Origin: an uncultured Acidobacteriota bacterium
GTDB taxonomy: Bacteria; Acidobacteriota; Thermoanaerobaculia; Gp7-AA8
DNA length: 64,000 nt
Direction of reading: 5' to 3'
NCBI GenBank assembly: GCA_963822445.1
Contig: CAWGHO010000001.1
Span: forward strand, 672,001-736,000
This document shows positions 20,453 to 29,891 of the stretch, one piece after another (position 1 is the stretch's first letter; each line of letters starts with the position of its first letter). A program made the position numbers and the translations under genes. The notes under the pieces are model-generated. The model saw only the letters and a program-made list of their open reading frames with translations, had not been told where the DNA came from and did no database searches.

Positions 20453-22485
20453 CGATCAAGGACGACAACCTCCGGGCGATCGATCACCACTACCTGACCG
20501 CTCGCGAACGCAGGGCTCAGCGGTTCCTAGCCACGGCCAGTCCAACGGCGCGGGCGCGAACGTTGGAGAGTCACCTCCTGCGCGAGCCGAGTCAGAGGGC
20601 GCAAGGTCTGCGAGACGATGTCGACTGCCTTCTCCGCTACTACAGCGTGCTCGAGCTGGCTTCCATCACCGGAGCGATTCCTGAGCTTCCCATTGCGACG
20701 CGCGAGATCGCACTCCGGAACCTCAACGATGAGTACCTCCGCCGGTACTATGAGCGGTATTACCCGCAACTGCTGCCCCAGCTTCTCCGTGCGCGTGTCA
20801 GTGGCGACAAGGTTCTCGGGGTTGACGAGGATTGCACAGAAGACTTTCTGCGGTTTGTGACGCTCGATGCGTCGCGCGACGACGACGACCTTGAGACGTT
20901 CCTGGGGTTTTTGGACGATTACGCGTACGTGATCGATGAGGAGACCCATGACCTGAGCAGCGTGGTGCGCACGATTGCGCACCCCAAGCGCTTCCTCGCT
21001 GCCCTGAGCGTCGACGACGAGGACCGGACGCCAACCGATGAGGGGGTGGTGGGCTTCCTCAGGTTTCTCTCGTTCTCTCGCGACCTCGAGCACCTCCTTC
21101 GCCAGGTCGACAGTCCCTTGGTTCGATCCTGCATCTGGCACTACTACGGGTACTGGTATCAGGAATTGGGCGGGCAAGTGCTTGGTGCACTGCTGACAGG
21201 CATCCACATCCTGGGCGGGTATGTTCCACGATCCGCCACAAACGCAGCGGAAGAGAGGGCGCTCGCGCGCACGCATGCAGATATGGCCGCTGCCGCAGCC
21301 TCGCTCCAGCGACTCACGTCGAGCGTGTACCGCGTGCACTTGGAAGAGGAGATCGATGGCGTTCTGTACCTCCGCATCATGGAGGACGCAGACGCAGGGT
21401 CCGCAGAGGCTCGAGCAGAGCCCGCGGAAGCGAACGAGAGAGCCCAAGCACAGAAGGTCCCCGTCGCCGAGCGGGAGAAGGTCTACAACGAGTTCAAGGA
21501 CAAGATGGGCGAGCTCGAACATGGTTACGTCAAGCGCTTGGAACGCGGCGACATGATCGTCGACCTCAACGGCAAAACCGAAGGGATCATCCCGCGGCAC
21601 CATCAGTCGCGCGCCGAGCGCTACTCGCAGGGCGACCCCATCAAGGCCGTCATCGTCGACGTGCACATGCAGGCGAAGGGACCGCAGGTCGTGCTTTCGC
21701 GCACCGATCCGCGCCTGCTCATTAAGCTGTTCGAAATGGAAGTTCCGGAGATCTACGACGGCACGGTGGTCATCAAGGGCGCGGTGCGCGAGCCGGGTGA
21801 GCGCGCGAAGATCGCGGTCATGTCCCGCGAGCGCGACATCGATCCGGTCGGCGCCTGCGTGGGCAAGAAGGGCTCGCGCGTGCAGTCCATCATCCGCGAG
21901 TTGGGCGGCGAGAAGATCGACATCATCCCCTGGCACGAAGACATCGTGAACTACGCGCAGACCGCGCTCGCTCCGGCGAAGATCAACCGCGTCTCGGTGA
22001 CCAGCGACGAGCAGGCGGACCGTCCGCACCTCGACGTCATCGTCGACAACGATCAGCTCTCGCCGGCCATCGGCAAGCGCGGCCTGAACGTGCGTCTGGC
22101 GGCGGAACTGATCGGCGCGAAGATCGCCATCAAGTCCGAGGAAGAAGTTAAGGGCGAGGTCGCCGACGCGCTCGCGGCCATGCTGCAGGAAGCTATGGCG
22201 GAGTCCCGCTCGCAGACCACCGTGGGCGAGATCGAGAACATGCCGAATGAGTGGGCGCAGCTCCTCGAGGACGCCGGCTACGACGACCTCGACTCGCTCA
22301 TCAACGCCTCCGTGGAAGATCTGATCACCATCGAAGGCGTGGACGAAGACATGGCCGTGCAGATGATCGAGCGGGCCCGCAAGCACGAGCAGGTCGAAGA
22401 GACCGGGCTCGACGAGGAGACTGAAGACACCGCCGAAGCAGCCAGCGAGCAATTCGAGGAGCAAGAAGTCGACAACGAGGCATAA
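20449..22485 (+). CDS. nusA: Fusion of an unknown ~330-aa helical domain to NusA S1-KH1-KH2-acidic tail (NusA N-terminal domain missing)
   Basis: From about 21450: AEREKVYNEFKDKMGEL, VVLSRTDP, LFEMEVPEIYDG, REPGERAKIAV, IDPVGACVG..GSRVQ, EKIDII, AIGKRGLNVRLA. No rimP or infB neighbours. Confidence 0.85.
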   Translation: MTIKDDNLRAIDHHYLTARERRAQRFLATASPTARARTLESHLLREPSQRAQGLRDDVDCLLRYYSVLELASITGAIPELPIATREIALRNLNDEYLRRYYERYYPQLLPQLLRARVSGDKVLGVDEDCTEDFLRFVTLDASRDDDDLETFLGFLDDYAYVIDEETHDLSSVVRTIAHPKRFLAALSVDDEDRTPTDEGVVGFLRFLSFSRDLEHLLRQVDSPLVRSCIWHYYGYWYQELGGQVLGALLTGIHILGGYVPRSATNAAEERALARTHADMAAAAASLQRLTSSVYRVHLEEEIDGVLYLRIMEDADAGSAEARAEPAEANERAQAQKVPVAEREKVYNEFKDKMGELEHGYVKRLERGDMIVDLNGKTEGIIPRHHQSRAERYSQGDPIKAVIVDVHMQAKGPQVVLSRTDPRLLIKLFEMEVPEIYDGTVVIKGAVREPGERAKIAVMSRERDIDPVGACVGKKGSRVQSIIRELGGEKIDIIPWHEDIVNYAQTALAPAKINRVSVTSDEQADRPHLDVIVDNDQLSPAIGKRGLNVRLAAELIGAKIAIKSEEEVKGEVADALAAMLQEAMAESRSQTTVGEIENMPNEWAQLLEDAGYDDLDSLINASVEDLITIEGVDEDMAVQMIERARKHEQVEETGLDEETEDTAEAASEQFEEQEVDNEA

Positions 22486-22857
22486 GGACGAAGGTCGCAT
22501 TCTCCGGTTGGAACGAAGTCGGTTCAACGATCCGTGCATCTCGCCTCGCACGCCTGGATCGATGCTCCTGGAAACACACGGTTGTTCACCCTCGCCTTTC
22601 AGCATCGGGAGTGCTGACGCGAGATCTACAAGAGCCTGAATCGGTGCCGGACGAACGCAGGCGTTCGAAAGGCGACAGAGTACTTTGAAGCCCTCTTCGC
22701 AAGGCGTGGCGAGACTGCTTTTCCTGAACGGATCGCGACGGTCGTCGAGGCGAGCGTCGCAGAGGTGATCGATATCCGGGCGCACGGGGCGGTGCTGCTG
22801 TCACCCAGGAGAAGTTGTTAGTCAAGGATCTCCGGTCGCGCGTTCGTTCGTATTTTG

Positions 22858-22883
22858 TTGGTTTCGGCTACGCCGAGGTAGGG
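22858..22883 (+). promoter_or_regulatory. 26-bp upstream motif, copy 2
   Basis: Identical to 19527-19552; about 54 bp before ATG 22937. Confidence 0.65.
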
Positions 22884-22936
22884 GAAAAGTGTTCGTCAGA
22901 CACTCCTAGAACGTAATCGTCCGAAAGAGGTGACCG

Positions 22937-24658
22937 ATGCAGGCCGACCGCACACGTGTGTTGACGATCGTCGCGCAGGATCCGCTGTTCACGTATCCCG
23001 AGGGTCATCCCAAGGAAGGGCGCATCGTCACGGCGCGCATTCGCGTGCCGGCGGAGACACTGGCGGCCGGTCCGCGCGGGTACCGCGTTCACTGCATCGA
23101 CTACGACGCCACGACGAACACCTACTACAACACCAATCTGCCGGACGACGACCGCTTCGACGATCCCGACGACAAGACCATCCTCGGCGATCCGAGCTTT
23201 CACTGCCAGAACGTCTACGCCCTGGTCATGCACACGCTGGCGCGCTTCGAGTTTGCCTTGGGCCGCCGCGTGAGCTGGGGCTTCTACGGCCATCAGCTCA
23301 AGGTGGCGCCGCACGCGTTCGCGGAAGCCAACGCCTTCTACTCCGAAGAAGACCACTCCCTGCTCTTCGGTTACTTCCTTCCCGAAGGGGCGAAACGCCC
23401 GATCTTCACTTCCCTGTCGCACGACGTCGTCGTTCACGAGACCACCCACGCACTGCTCGACGGCCTCCGCACGCGCTACACCGATCCGTCGTCCCCCGAT
23501 CAGGCGGCGTTCCACGAGGGGTTCTCGGACGTCATCGCCCTGCTCTCCGTCTTCTCCTTGCGCGAGGTGCCGGAACTGCTGATCTCGCGGCCGGAGCTCA
23601 AGATCAACAAGCTCAAGGGCGATCTCATCCCGACCGCGCTCCTCACACCGGAGAACCTCCGCCTCGGCATCGGCGGACTCGCGGAAGAAGTGGGCAAGGG
23701 TCTCCTCGGCGTGCGCGCGAACGCGCTTCGCGAGTCGCTTGCCCTGGATCCAGAAACGACCGACATCAACGACTCCGAATTCAATGAACCGCATCGCCGC
23801 GGAGAGGTGTTCGTCGCCGCGATCATGAACGCGTTCATCGAGCTCTGGAGCCACGAGATCGGACGGATCGGCGCGCGCTGGTCGGACAAGGTCGATCGCA
23901 GCAAGGTCGTCGAGGAAGGGGCGCGGCTCGCCGACGTGATGCTCACCTCAGCCATCCGCGCACTCGACTACACCCCGCCGGTGGACCTCGAGTTTTCCGA
24001 CTACTTGAGCGCGTTTCTCACAGCCGATTCAGAGATCCGCACGGATGACCGGATGAATCTGCGCGGAATCGTCAGGAAGAGCTTCGAAGCGTACGGAATC
24101 AAGCCAATCGCCAAAGACGGGGTCTGGGACCACGCGGACAAAGGGCCGCAGACTCTCCGCTATGACCGCACCCATTTCGAGCCGATGCAGAGCGATCCCG
24201 ACGAGGTGTTTCACTGGGTCTGGGAGAACCGCCAGCAGGACTACCTCGGTCTCCTCGACGATGGTTACACCCGTATCCTCTCGGTCAGGCCGTGCACGCG
24301 TGTCGGTCCGGACGGGTTCCTCCTCCGCGAAACGGTCTCCGAGTATCTGCAGGTCCTGAAGATCCGGGCGGGCGACCTGCCCAAGTTCGGGCTGACGAAG
24401 CCCGAGACGATGCCCGGCGAGCAGGAGATTTACCTTTACGGGGGCGGCGCGCTGATCTTCGACGAGTACGGCCGCCTCAAGTACCACGTGTACAACCCGC
24501 TGCACGGCAAGAAGCAGATCGGCCGCGTCGACTACCTGTGGAAGCACGGCTACTACCGCGCCGATCGCTCGCAGCTCGCATTCGCCGGGATGCACCGGAT
24601 GCGCGTGATCGGTGGATTGGCTTTCGGCGAAGCGTCGGACTTGCAGGAGGTGTGGTGA
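22937..24658 (+). CDS. Gluzincin (M4/M36-like) metallopeptidase, no signal peptide
   Basis: ANAFYS, HDVVVHETTHALLDG (HExxH), AFHEGFSD (third ligand), EPHRRG. Confidence 0.85.
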   Translation: MQADRTRVLTIVAQDPLFTYPEGHPKEGRIVTARIRVPAETLAAGPRGYRVHCIDYDATTNTYYNTNLPDDDRFDDPDDKTILGDPSFHCQNVYALVMHTLARFEFALGRRVSWGFYGHQLKVAPHAFAEANAFYSEEDHSLLFGYFLPEGAKRPIFTSLSHDVVVHETTHALLDGLRTRYTDPSSPDQAAFHEGFSDVIALLSVFSLREVPELLISRPELKINKLKGDLIPTALLTPENLRLGIGGLAEEVGKGLLGVRANALRESLALDPETTDINDSEFNEPHRRGEVFVAAIMNAFIELWSHEIGRIGARWSDKVDRSKVVEEGARLADVMLTSAIRALDYTPPVDLEFSDYLSAFLTADSEIRTDDRMNLRGIVRKSFEAYGIKPIAKDGVWDHADKGPQTLRYDRTHFEPMQSDPDEVFHWVWENRQQDYLGLLDDGYTRILSVRPCTRVGPDGFLLRETVSEYLQVLKIRAGDLPKFGLTKPETMPGEQEIYLYGGGALIFDEYGRLKYHVYNPLHGKKQIGRVDYLWKHGYYRADRSQLAFAGMHRMRVIGGLAFGEASDLQEVW

Positions 24659-26120
24659 TGGCGAAACCAACCGCTCTCGACATCCGCGCGTACAACATCG
24701 GCTTCGGAGACTGTTTCCTGCTCACCTTCCGGTACGGCGCGAAGGATCAGCGGCACATGCTCATCGACTTCGGGACGACCCGGAAGCCCGATGACGCCGA
24801 AAAGGATCACGAGCTGCAGATCGCGAAGGACATCGCCGGTGTCACCAGCAACAAGCTCGACGTGGTGGTGGCCACGCACCGGCACAAGGTCACATCAGCG
24901 GTTTCCGGACCCGGAAGAAGCCGGGCGACGACGAGGAGCCGGGCGACGTGATCCGCGAGTGCGCGAAAGACGCCGTGGTGATCATGCCCTGGACCGAGGA
25001 CCCCGAAGCCAAGACGGGCGCAACCGGTCCGAGGAAAAAATCGTTCGTCGACCAGCTCACATCGATGCACTCCTTCGCCGCGTCCGTGGTGCGGGAGATC
25101 GATCAGGACGTGGAAGACAAACTGCTGGCCGACGCGGACATCAACGACCCGACCGAGATCGCCGCCAGCACAGGGCCGAAGCACCGCATGCATCGCGAGG
25201 AGAGCGATGACTCCGAAGGCGGGAACTGGTTCTCGACGAAGACCCTGCGCAAACGAATCGCCTTCATCGGCGAAGACGCGATCAGCAACGTCTCGGCCGT
25301 TCGCAACCTCGTCACCATGAGCAAGAAGGAGAAGCGCCACTACGTCACCTACGACTACAAGCTCGACCTGCGCGCCGCTCTCCCGGGCGTGAAAGTGAGA
25401 GTCCTCGGTCCGCCGAGCGTCGACCAGTGGGAAAACGTGCAGAACCAGAAGGCCAGGAACAAGGATGAGTACTGGCACCTGCAGGAGGACTTCTGGCGGC
25501 GCCTCGCGCTCAGCTCGAACCTCGGCGTCAGCGACGGACGGGCCAAGCCGCTCTTCCCGCGCGCTCCCCAATGCGAGCCGGAAGAGCGCTGTTCGCACCG
25601 GAAAGCCTGCTCGCAGATCCCGCGCGCCAGCGAGTGGTTCGTGCGGCGGCTGCGCGGCGTGCGGGCCAAGCAACTCATGCAGCTCGTGCTGTCGATGGAC
25701 AGCGCCATGAACAACACCAGCGTCATCCTGCTCATCGAGGTCGGCGGCAAGAAGCTGTTGTTCCCTGGCGACGCGCAGTGGGAGAACTGGGAGTACGCGC
25801 TGGTCGGCGACGAGAAGAAAGCCGCGGCCAACCTGAAAGAGCTCGCCGACGTCGACGTCTACAAAGTCGGGCACCACGGCAGTCTCAACGCCACGCCGAA
25901 GAAGCTCTGGAACAACTTCTCCAAGCGGAGCGACAAGCCGAACGCAAAAGGCCGAATGCTCTCGATCATCTCGACGAAAAAAGGCGTGCACGCGCACTCG
26001 CCGCAGACCGCGGTTCCGCGGTCGACGCTGGTCCGCGAGCTGAAGTCGGAGACGAACTACCGCAGCACGGAGCCGGTCAAGCCGAAGGAGCTTTGCCTGG
26101 TGGAGACGATCGACTTATGA
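24658..26120 (+). CDS. MBL-fold (ComEC-like) metallo-hydrolase, split by a 1-bp deletion near 24888
   Basis: YNIGFGDCFLLTF, LIDFG, THRHK[D]HISGF (restored by one base), NNTSVILL, LLFPGDAQ, KVGHHGSLNAT. Confidence 0.82.
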
Positions 26121-26121
26121 C

Positions 26122-27247
26122 CTAGTGCGTGTGCGCATGGTCGTGGGCGTGATCGTGATGATGTTCATCCGCGCCGTGGGTGTGGCCGGCCATGCCGCTC
26201 TCCACCTGTTCGACGACCTGCCGGGCCAGCTCGCGGAACGCCTGAGCGGCCGGTGAGGCGGGATCGGCGACGACGATCGGCTCGCCGGTATCGCCACCTA
26301 CGACGACCTTCGGATCGATCGGAACCTCGCCCAGGAACGGCACGCCGAGCATCTCCGCGGTCTTGCGCCCTCCGCCGTGTCCGAAGATCTCCTCCCGCTC
26401 ACCGCAGTGGCGGCAGATGTAGTAGCTCATGTTCTCGACGATGCCGAGGATGGGCACGTTGACCTTGCGGAACATGGCCAGACCCTTCCGCGCGTCGATG
26501 AGGGCGACGTCCTGCGGCGTCGTCACGACGACCGCGCCGGTCAAGCCGGCTTTCTGCGTCAGCGTGAGCTGCGCGTCGCCGGTGCCTGGCGGCAGGTCGA
26601 TGATCATGAAGTCGAGCGTGCCCCACTTCACATCGGTCAGAAACTGGTCGATGCGCCTTCATCACCATCGGTCCACGCCAGATCACCGGCGTGTCGGGAT
26701 CGGTGATCAGTCCGAGAGACATCGTCTTGATGCCGTGGCGTTCCATCGGGACGATCTTCTCGTCGTGCTCGTCGATCTGCGGACGGCCTTCGATGCCGAG
26801 CATCATCTGCTGCGACGGTCCGTAGATGTCCGCGTCGAGCAGGCCCACGGAATGCCCGAGCGCGCGAATCGCCAGCGCGAGATTCGTCGAGACCGTCGAC
26901 TTCCCCACACCTCCTTTTCCCGAGGCAACGGCGATGCGGTATTTCACGCCACCGAGGGCTTGCGTGGGAGGAGCGGCGCCCTGCGGAAGCTGCGCGCCGC
27001 CGCGCGGACCGACCTCGAGATTCAGGCGAACGTCGCTGACGCCTTCGAGAGCGCGTACCGCTGCTTCGGTCTCGCGGGCGATCTGCTCGCCCACCGCGGG
27101 ATTCTCGGTCTGGAAGTGAACGGTGAGCGAGACCGTCGAGCCCTCGACGCGCACGTCGCGGACGAAGCCGAAGGAGACGATGTCCCGGGAGAGTCCCGGA
27201 AACTTAACTTTCTTGAGTGCTTCGAGTACCTGTTCCTGCGTCGGCAT
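26122..27247 (-). CDS. apbC: Mrp/ApbC (NBP35) Fe-S carrier ATPase with a frameshift near 26655 and a His-rich tail
   Basis: [25 protein letters not shown], then [23 protein letters not shown] in another frame. Confidence 0.92.
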
Positions 27248-27998
27248 GCGGCTTCTCCTCCTGCAACCACCGTTCGTACGAGTCGCGGATGATCGGGATG
27301 GCCTCGTCAGAGGAGCCGACAACCTTGATCACGTCAAAGTCGGGAGCGCTGACCAGACCGCGCTCGAGCATCGTGCCGTGCAGCCAGTCGATCAGACCGG
27401 GCCACATTGTACCGACCAGAATCAGAGGATGCTGCTTCATGTGCTTGACCTGCAGAAGCTGCCAGACCATGAAGAGCTCGAGGGCCGTGCCGATGCCGCC
27501 GGGCATGACGATGAAGGCCGAGGAGAGGCGGATGAAGTGATGGAGCCGGGAGAAGAAGGTGCGATGACGGAACACCTTGTCGACGAACGGGTTAGCGGTC
27601 TCCTCGGTCGGCAGATGAATGGCCAGGCCGAACGAAAACGCCTTGCCCGTCTCCCCTTTTCCTTCCATCGCTCCCTGGTTCGCCGCTTCCATGAGTCCGG
27701 GGCCGCCGCCGGTGACGATGTCGACGCCCATCTTCGCCAGGTCGTGGCTCAGCTTCTTGACCTCTTCGTAGATCGGGTCGCCGAGGCGGATGCGGGAGCT
27801 GCCGAAAATCGAGACGCGGTAATGCTCGACCCGCTCGGGCTGGATCTGGTCGAGATCGTTGATCGTCTCCCAGAGCTGGTAGATGGCCCGGTCGAGGATG
27901 TACGTCGGGTCCGCGGTCGGCCGCTTCTTCGAAGCCTGGATGTTGCGCAGTTCCTCGAGCTCGGGCGTGGTCGTCTTACGGTCGTCTGAGTCAGCCAT
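27204..27998 (-). CDS. LOG family (TIGR00730-like) protein
   Basis: [29 protein letters not shown]. Confidence 0.9.
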   Translation of the reverse strand: MADSDDRKTTTPELEELRNIQASKKRPTADPTYILDRAIYQLWETINDLDQIQPERVEHYRVSIFGSSRIRLGDPIYEEVKKLSHDLAKMGVDIVTGGGPGLMEAANQGAMEGKGETGKAFSFGLAIHLPTEETANPFVDKVFRHRTFFSRLHHFIRLSSAFIVMPGGIGTALELFMVWQLLQVKHMKQHPLILVGTMWPGLIDWLHGTMLERGLVSAPDFDVIKVVGSSDEAIPIIRDSYERWLQEEKPHADAGTGTRSTQES

Positions 27999-28011
27999 GG
28001 CGCGCCAGATA

Positions 28012-28044
28012 CTACTAACGACTAACCACTAACGACTAACGACT
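28012..28044. repeat. Solo heptamer repeat, exact 33-bp reverse complement of 9551-9583
   Basis: ctact aacgact aaccact aacgact aacgact; supplies the stop codon of the SPOR gene. Confidence 0.8.
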
Positions 28045-28665
28045 CGTGATCCAGACCTCTTTCGAAAACTCGCGCAGCTTCGGCTCGGCGGCTCGGGCTT
28101 CCTGCTCGGTCGGGAACTTGACCCGCACGCGATACACGGGACCCTTTTCCGTCGCCGCACCGCGCTCCACGTACGCCGCGCTGAATCCCCCGTCGATCAG
28201 CTTCGCCGCGAAGGTCTCCGCGGTCTTCTGATCGCTGGTCGAGAGCAACTGGGCGTAATGCGGAACGGTCGATGTCGCCGGCGCGGGCTGTTCGGCCACC
28301 GGCGCGGCCTCGATGACTGTCGTTGTCGGCGCCGGTTCTTCCGTCAGCGGCACGACCGGTGCGGTGTCGGTGGGCGGCGCGGGCTCCTCGGCCTCTTCCT
28401 TCGCGAAATCGTCGGCTTCGACGCCGAGCTCCACGATCTGCCCCTGGTTTTTCTTCGGGATCAGCGCGGCCTCGGTCACGACCGGCGTCTCCTTCTGGAC
28501 CACGAGACGCTCGTCGGTCTGCCCTTTTCCGAGCATCAGGCCGAACGCGAAGGACGCGGCGAGCGACAGGAGCAGGAGCACGAAGGCCACGAAGGCCTGC
28601 CCCGCGGTGAGTGAAATCTCGTAATGCGACTGATCGTCGTGGTGCTGTTCGTCCATCTGACCCAT
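28036..28665 (-). CDS. SPOR-domain single-pass membrane protein
   Basis: TM (AFVAFVLLLLSLAASFAFGLMLG), Pro/Thr linker, C-terminal YAQL..A..L...G...YRVRV..F..A. Confidence 0.8.
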   Translation of the reverse strand: MGQMDEQHHDDQSHYEISLTAGQAFVAFVLLLLSLAASFAFGLMLGKGQTDERLVVQKETPVVTEAALIPKKNQGQIVELGVEADDFAKEEAEEPAPPTDTAPVVPLTEEPAPTTTVIEAAPVAEQPAPATSTVPHYAQLLSTSDQKTAETFAAKLIDGGFSAAYVERGAATEKGPVYRVRVKFPTEQEARAAEPKLREFSKEVWITSR

Positions 28666-28678
28666 CCTCCCCGGAACA

Positions 28679-29344
28679 TCACCTCGCGGGCGGCGCCGCG
28701 GCGTTCCAGTTTGTGTGATAAACGACGCCGTTGTCAAAGTAGACAGCCGACGCCCCTCCGTCCGCTTTCGGGTAAATCCACACGGAATAGACCCGGTTTT
28801 TCTGCACGACCTGCTTGATCCAGTCCTCGCGCGGCGATCCGACGAGGGTCTGCACATCTCCCTCTTTCATCCCCTGCTTCACGTTGGCGAACGCGGCCAT
28901 CGACACGTACCGCCGCTGTTCGGCGTGCGTGATGCGCTGCTGGGCGTCGAGGTTCGCCGGATCGATCTCCAGGGCCACGCGATAGAGCTCGATGGCCCGG
29001 TCGTAGCGGGAGAGGACGTTCATGTACTGATCGCCGACGAGGATTTTCTCGACGGCGAGGAGCTTGGCGGCGCGCGGATCGCCCGTGCGCTGCAGATACG
29101 CGTCGGCCTTGGCGATGAACGCGTTGTAGGGGATCTCGATCTTCTTCAGGTTGTCGAGGGCCAGCTCGATCTGCTCCTTGCGCGGCATCGACGCCGCCGG
29201 CTGCCGCTGGGCGTTCCGAAGTGTCTGAATCCACTGGTAATCGGCGGTCAGAAGGACCCACTCCCGATCGTTGGGCTGCGTGGGTGGTCCCGCGGGCGCG
29301 CAGGCGATTGTGAGCAGGGTGATGGCGAGGAGGGCGTTCCGCAT
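28679..29344 (-). CDS. Lipoprotein with TPR and SmpA/BamE-like domain
   Basis: Lipobox TIAC, TPR YDRAIELYRVALEIDP, VKQGMKEGDVQTLVGSP...WIY. Confidence 0.75.
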   Translation of the reverse strand: MRNALLAITLLTIACAPAGPPTQPNDREWVLLTADYQWIQTLRNAQRQPAASMPRKEQIELALDNLKKIEIPYNAFIAKADAYLQRTGDPRAAKLLAVEKILVGDQYMNVLSRYDRAIELYRVALEIDPANLDAQQRITHAEQRRYVSMAAFANVKQGMKEGDVQTLVGSPREDWIKQVVQKNRVYSVWIYPKADGGASAVYFDNGVVYHTNWNAAAPPAR

Positions 29345-29354
29345 GCGGTGGCAG

Positions 29355-29891
29355 TTATTTTACACAACGGATCATGCGCAGACATTCCAGCCTCACGCCG
29401 TCCGGGAGCTCGATCTCGGTGCGTTCGAGCGGCTCGTAACCGCATGCGGAGTAAAGCGGAACGCCGGGAAGGGTGGCCATCAACTCGCAGGTGCGGAAGC
29501 CCGCCTGCCTCGCCTGCTCCTCGGCGCGATCGACGATCATCCGGCCAATGCCGCGGCGGGCATGGGCGGGTTCGACGAACATCGCCCGGATGCGCGCCGG
29601 CTCGGTCGCGGGATCTAGCCAGCCGTCGATGGAGGCCTGCCCCGCCGTGCCGGTGAAGAGCTTCCTCCGCTTGCTCCATCCGCCGCAGGCCACGATCTCG
29701 CCGGCTTCTTCGACCACGAAGTACGTACCGTCTTCGACGATCTCGGGATCGGCGATGGCGATGTAGCGGACCGCGCTGGCGATCTGGTTCGCGTCGTAGA
29801 ACTTCGATCCGAGGGCGGCCATGGAGGCTCGCATGACCCGCTCGATCGCTGGCAGGTCAGCCAGCGTGGCCGCGCGGATCGAAAGCGTCAC
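29355..29891 (-). CDS. GNAT acetyltransferase
   Basis: IRAATLAD, ARIRAMFVEPAHARRGIG, LYSACGY. Confidence 0.9.
   Translation of the reverse strand: MTLSIRAATLADLPAIERVMRASMAALGSKFYDANQIASAVRYIAIADPEIVEDGTYFVVEEAGEIVACGGWSKRRKLFTGTAGQASIDGWLDPATEPARIRAMFVEPAHARRGIGRMIVDRAEEQARQAGFRTCELMATLPGVPLYSACGYEPLERTEIELPDGVRLECLRMIRCVK

Noticed and set aside
20449-22485. Canonical housekeeping nusA
   Set aside because: Lacks the NusA N-terminal domain and the rimP/infB context.
22490-22830. Possible gene remnant after the NusA fusion (..KATEYFEALFARRG..)
   Set aside because: In-frame stop, no clear start and no recognisable family; not infB-like.
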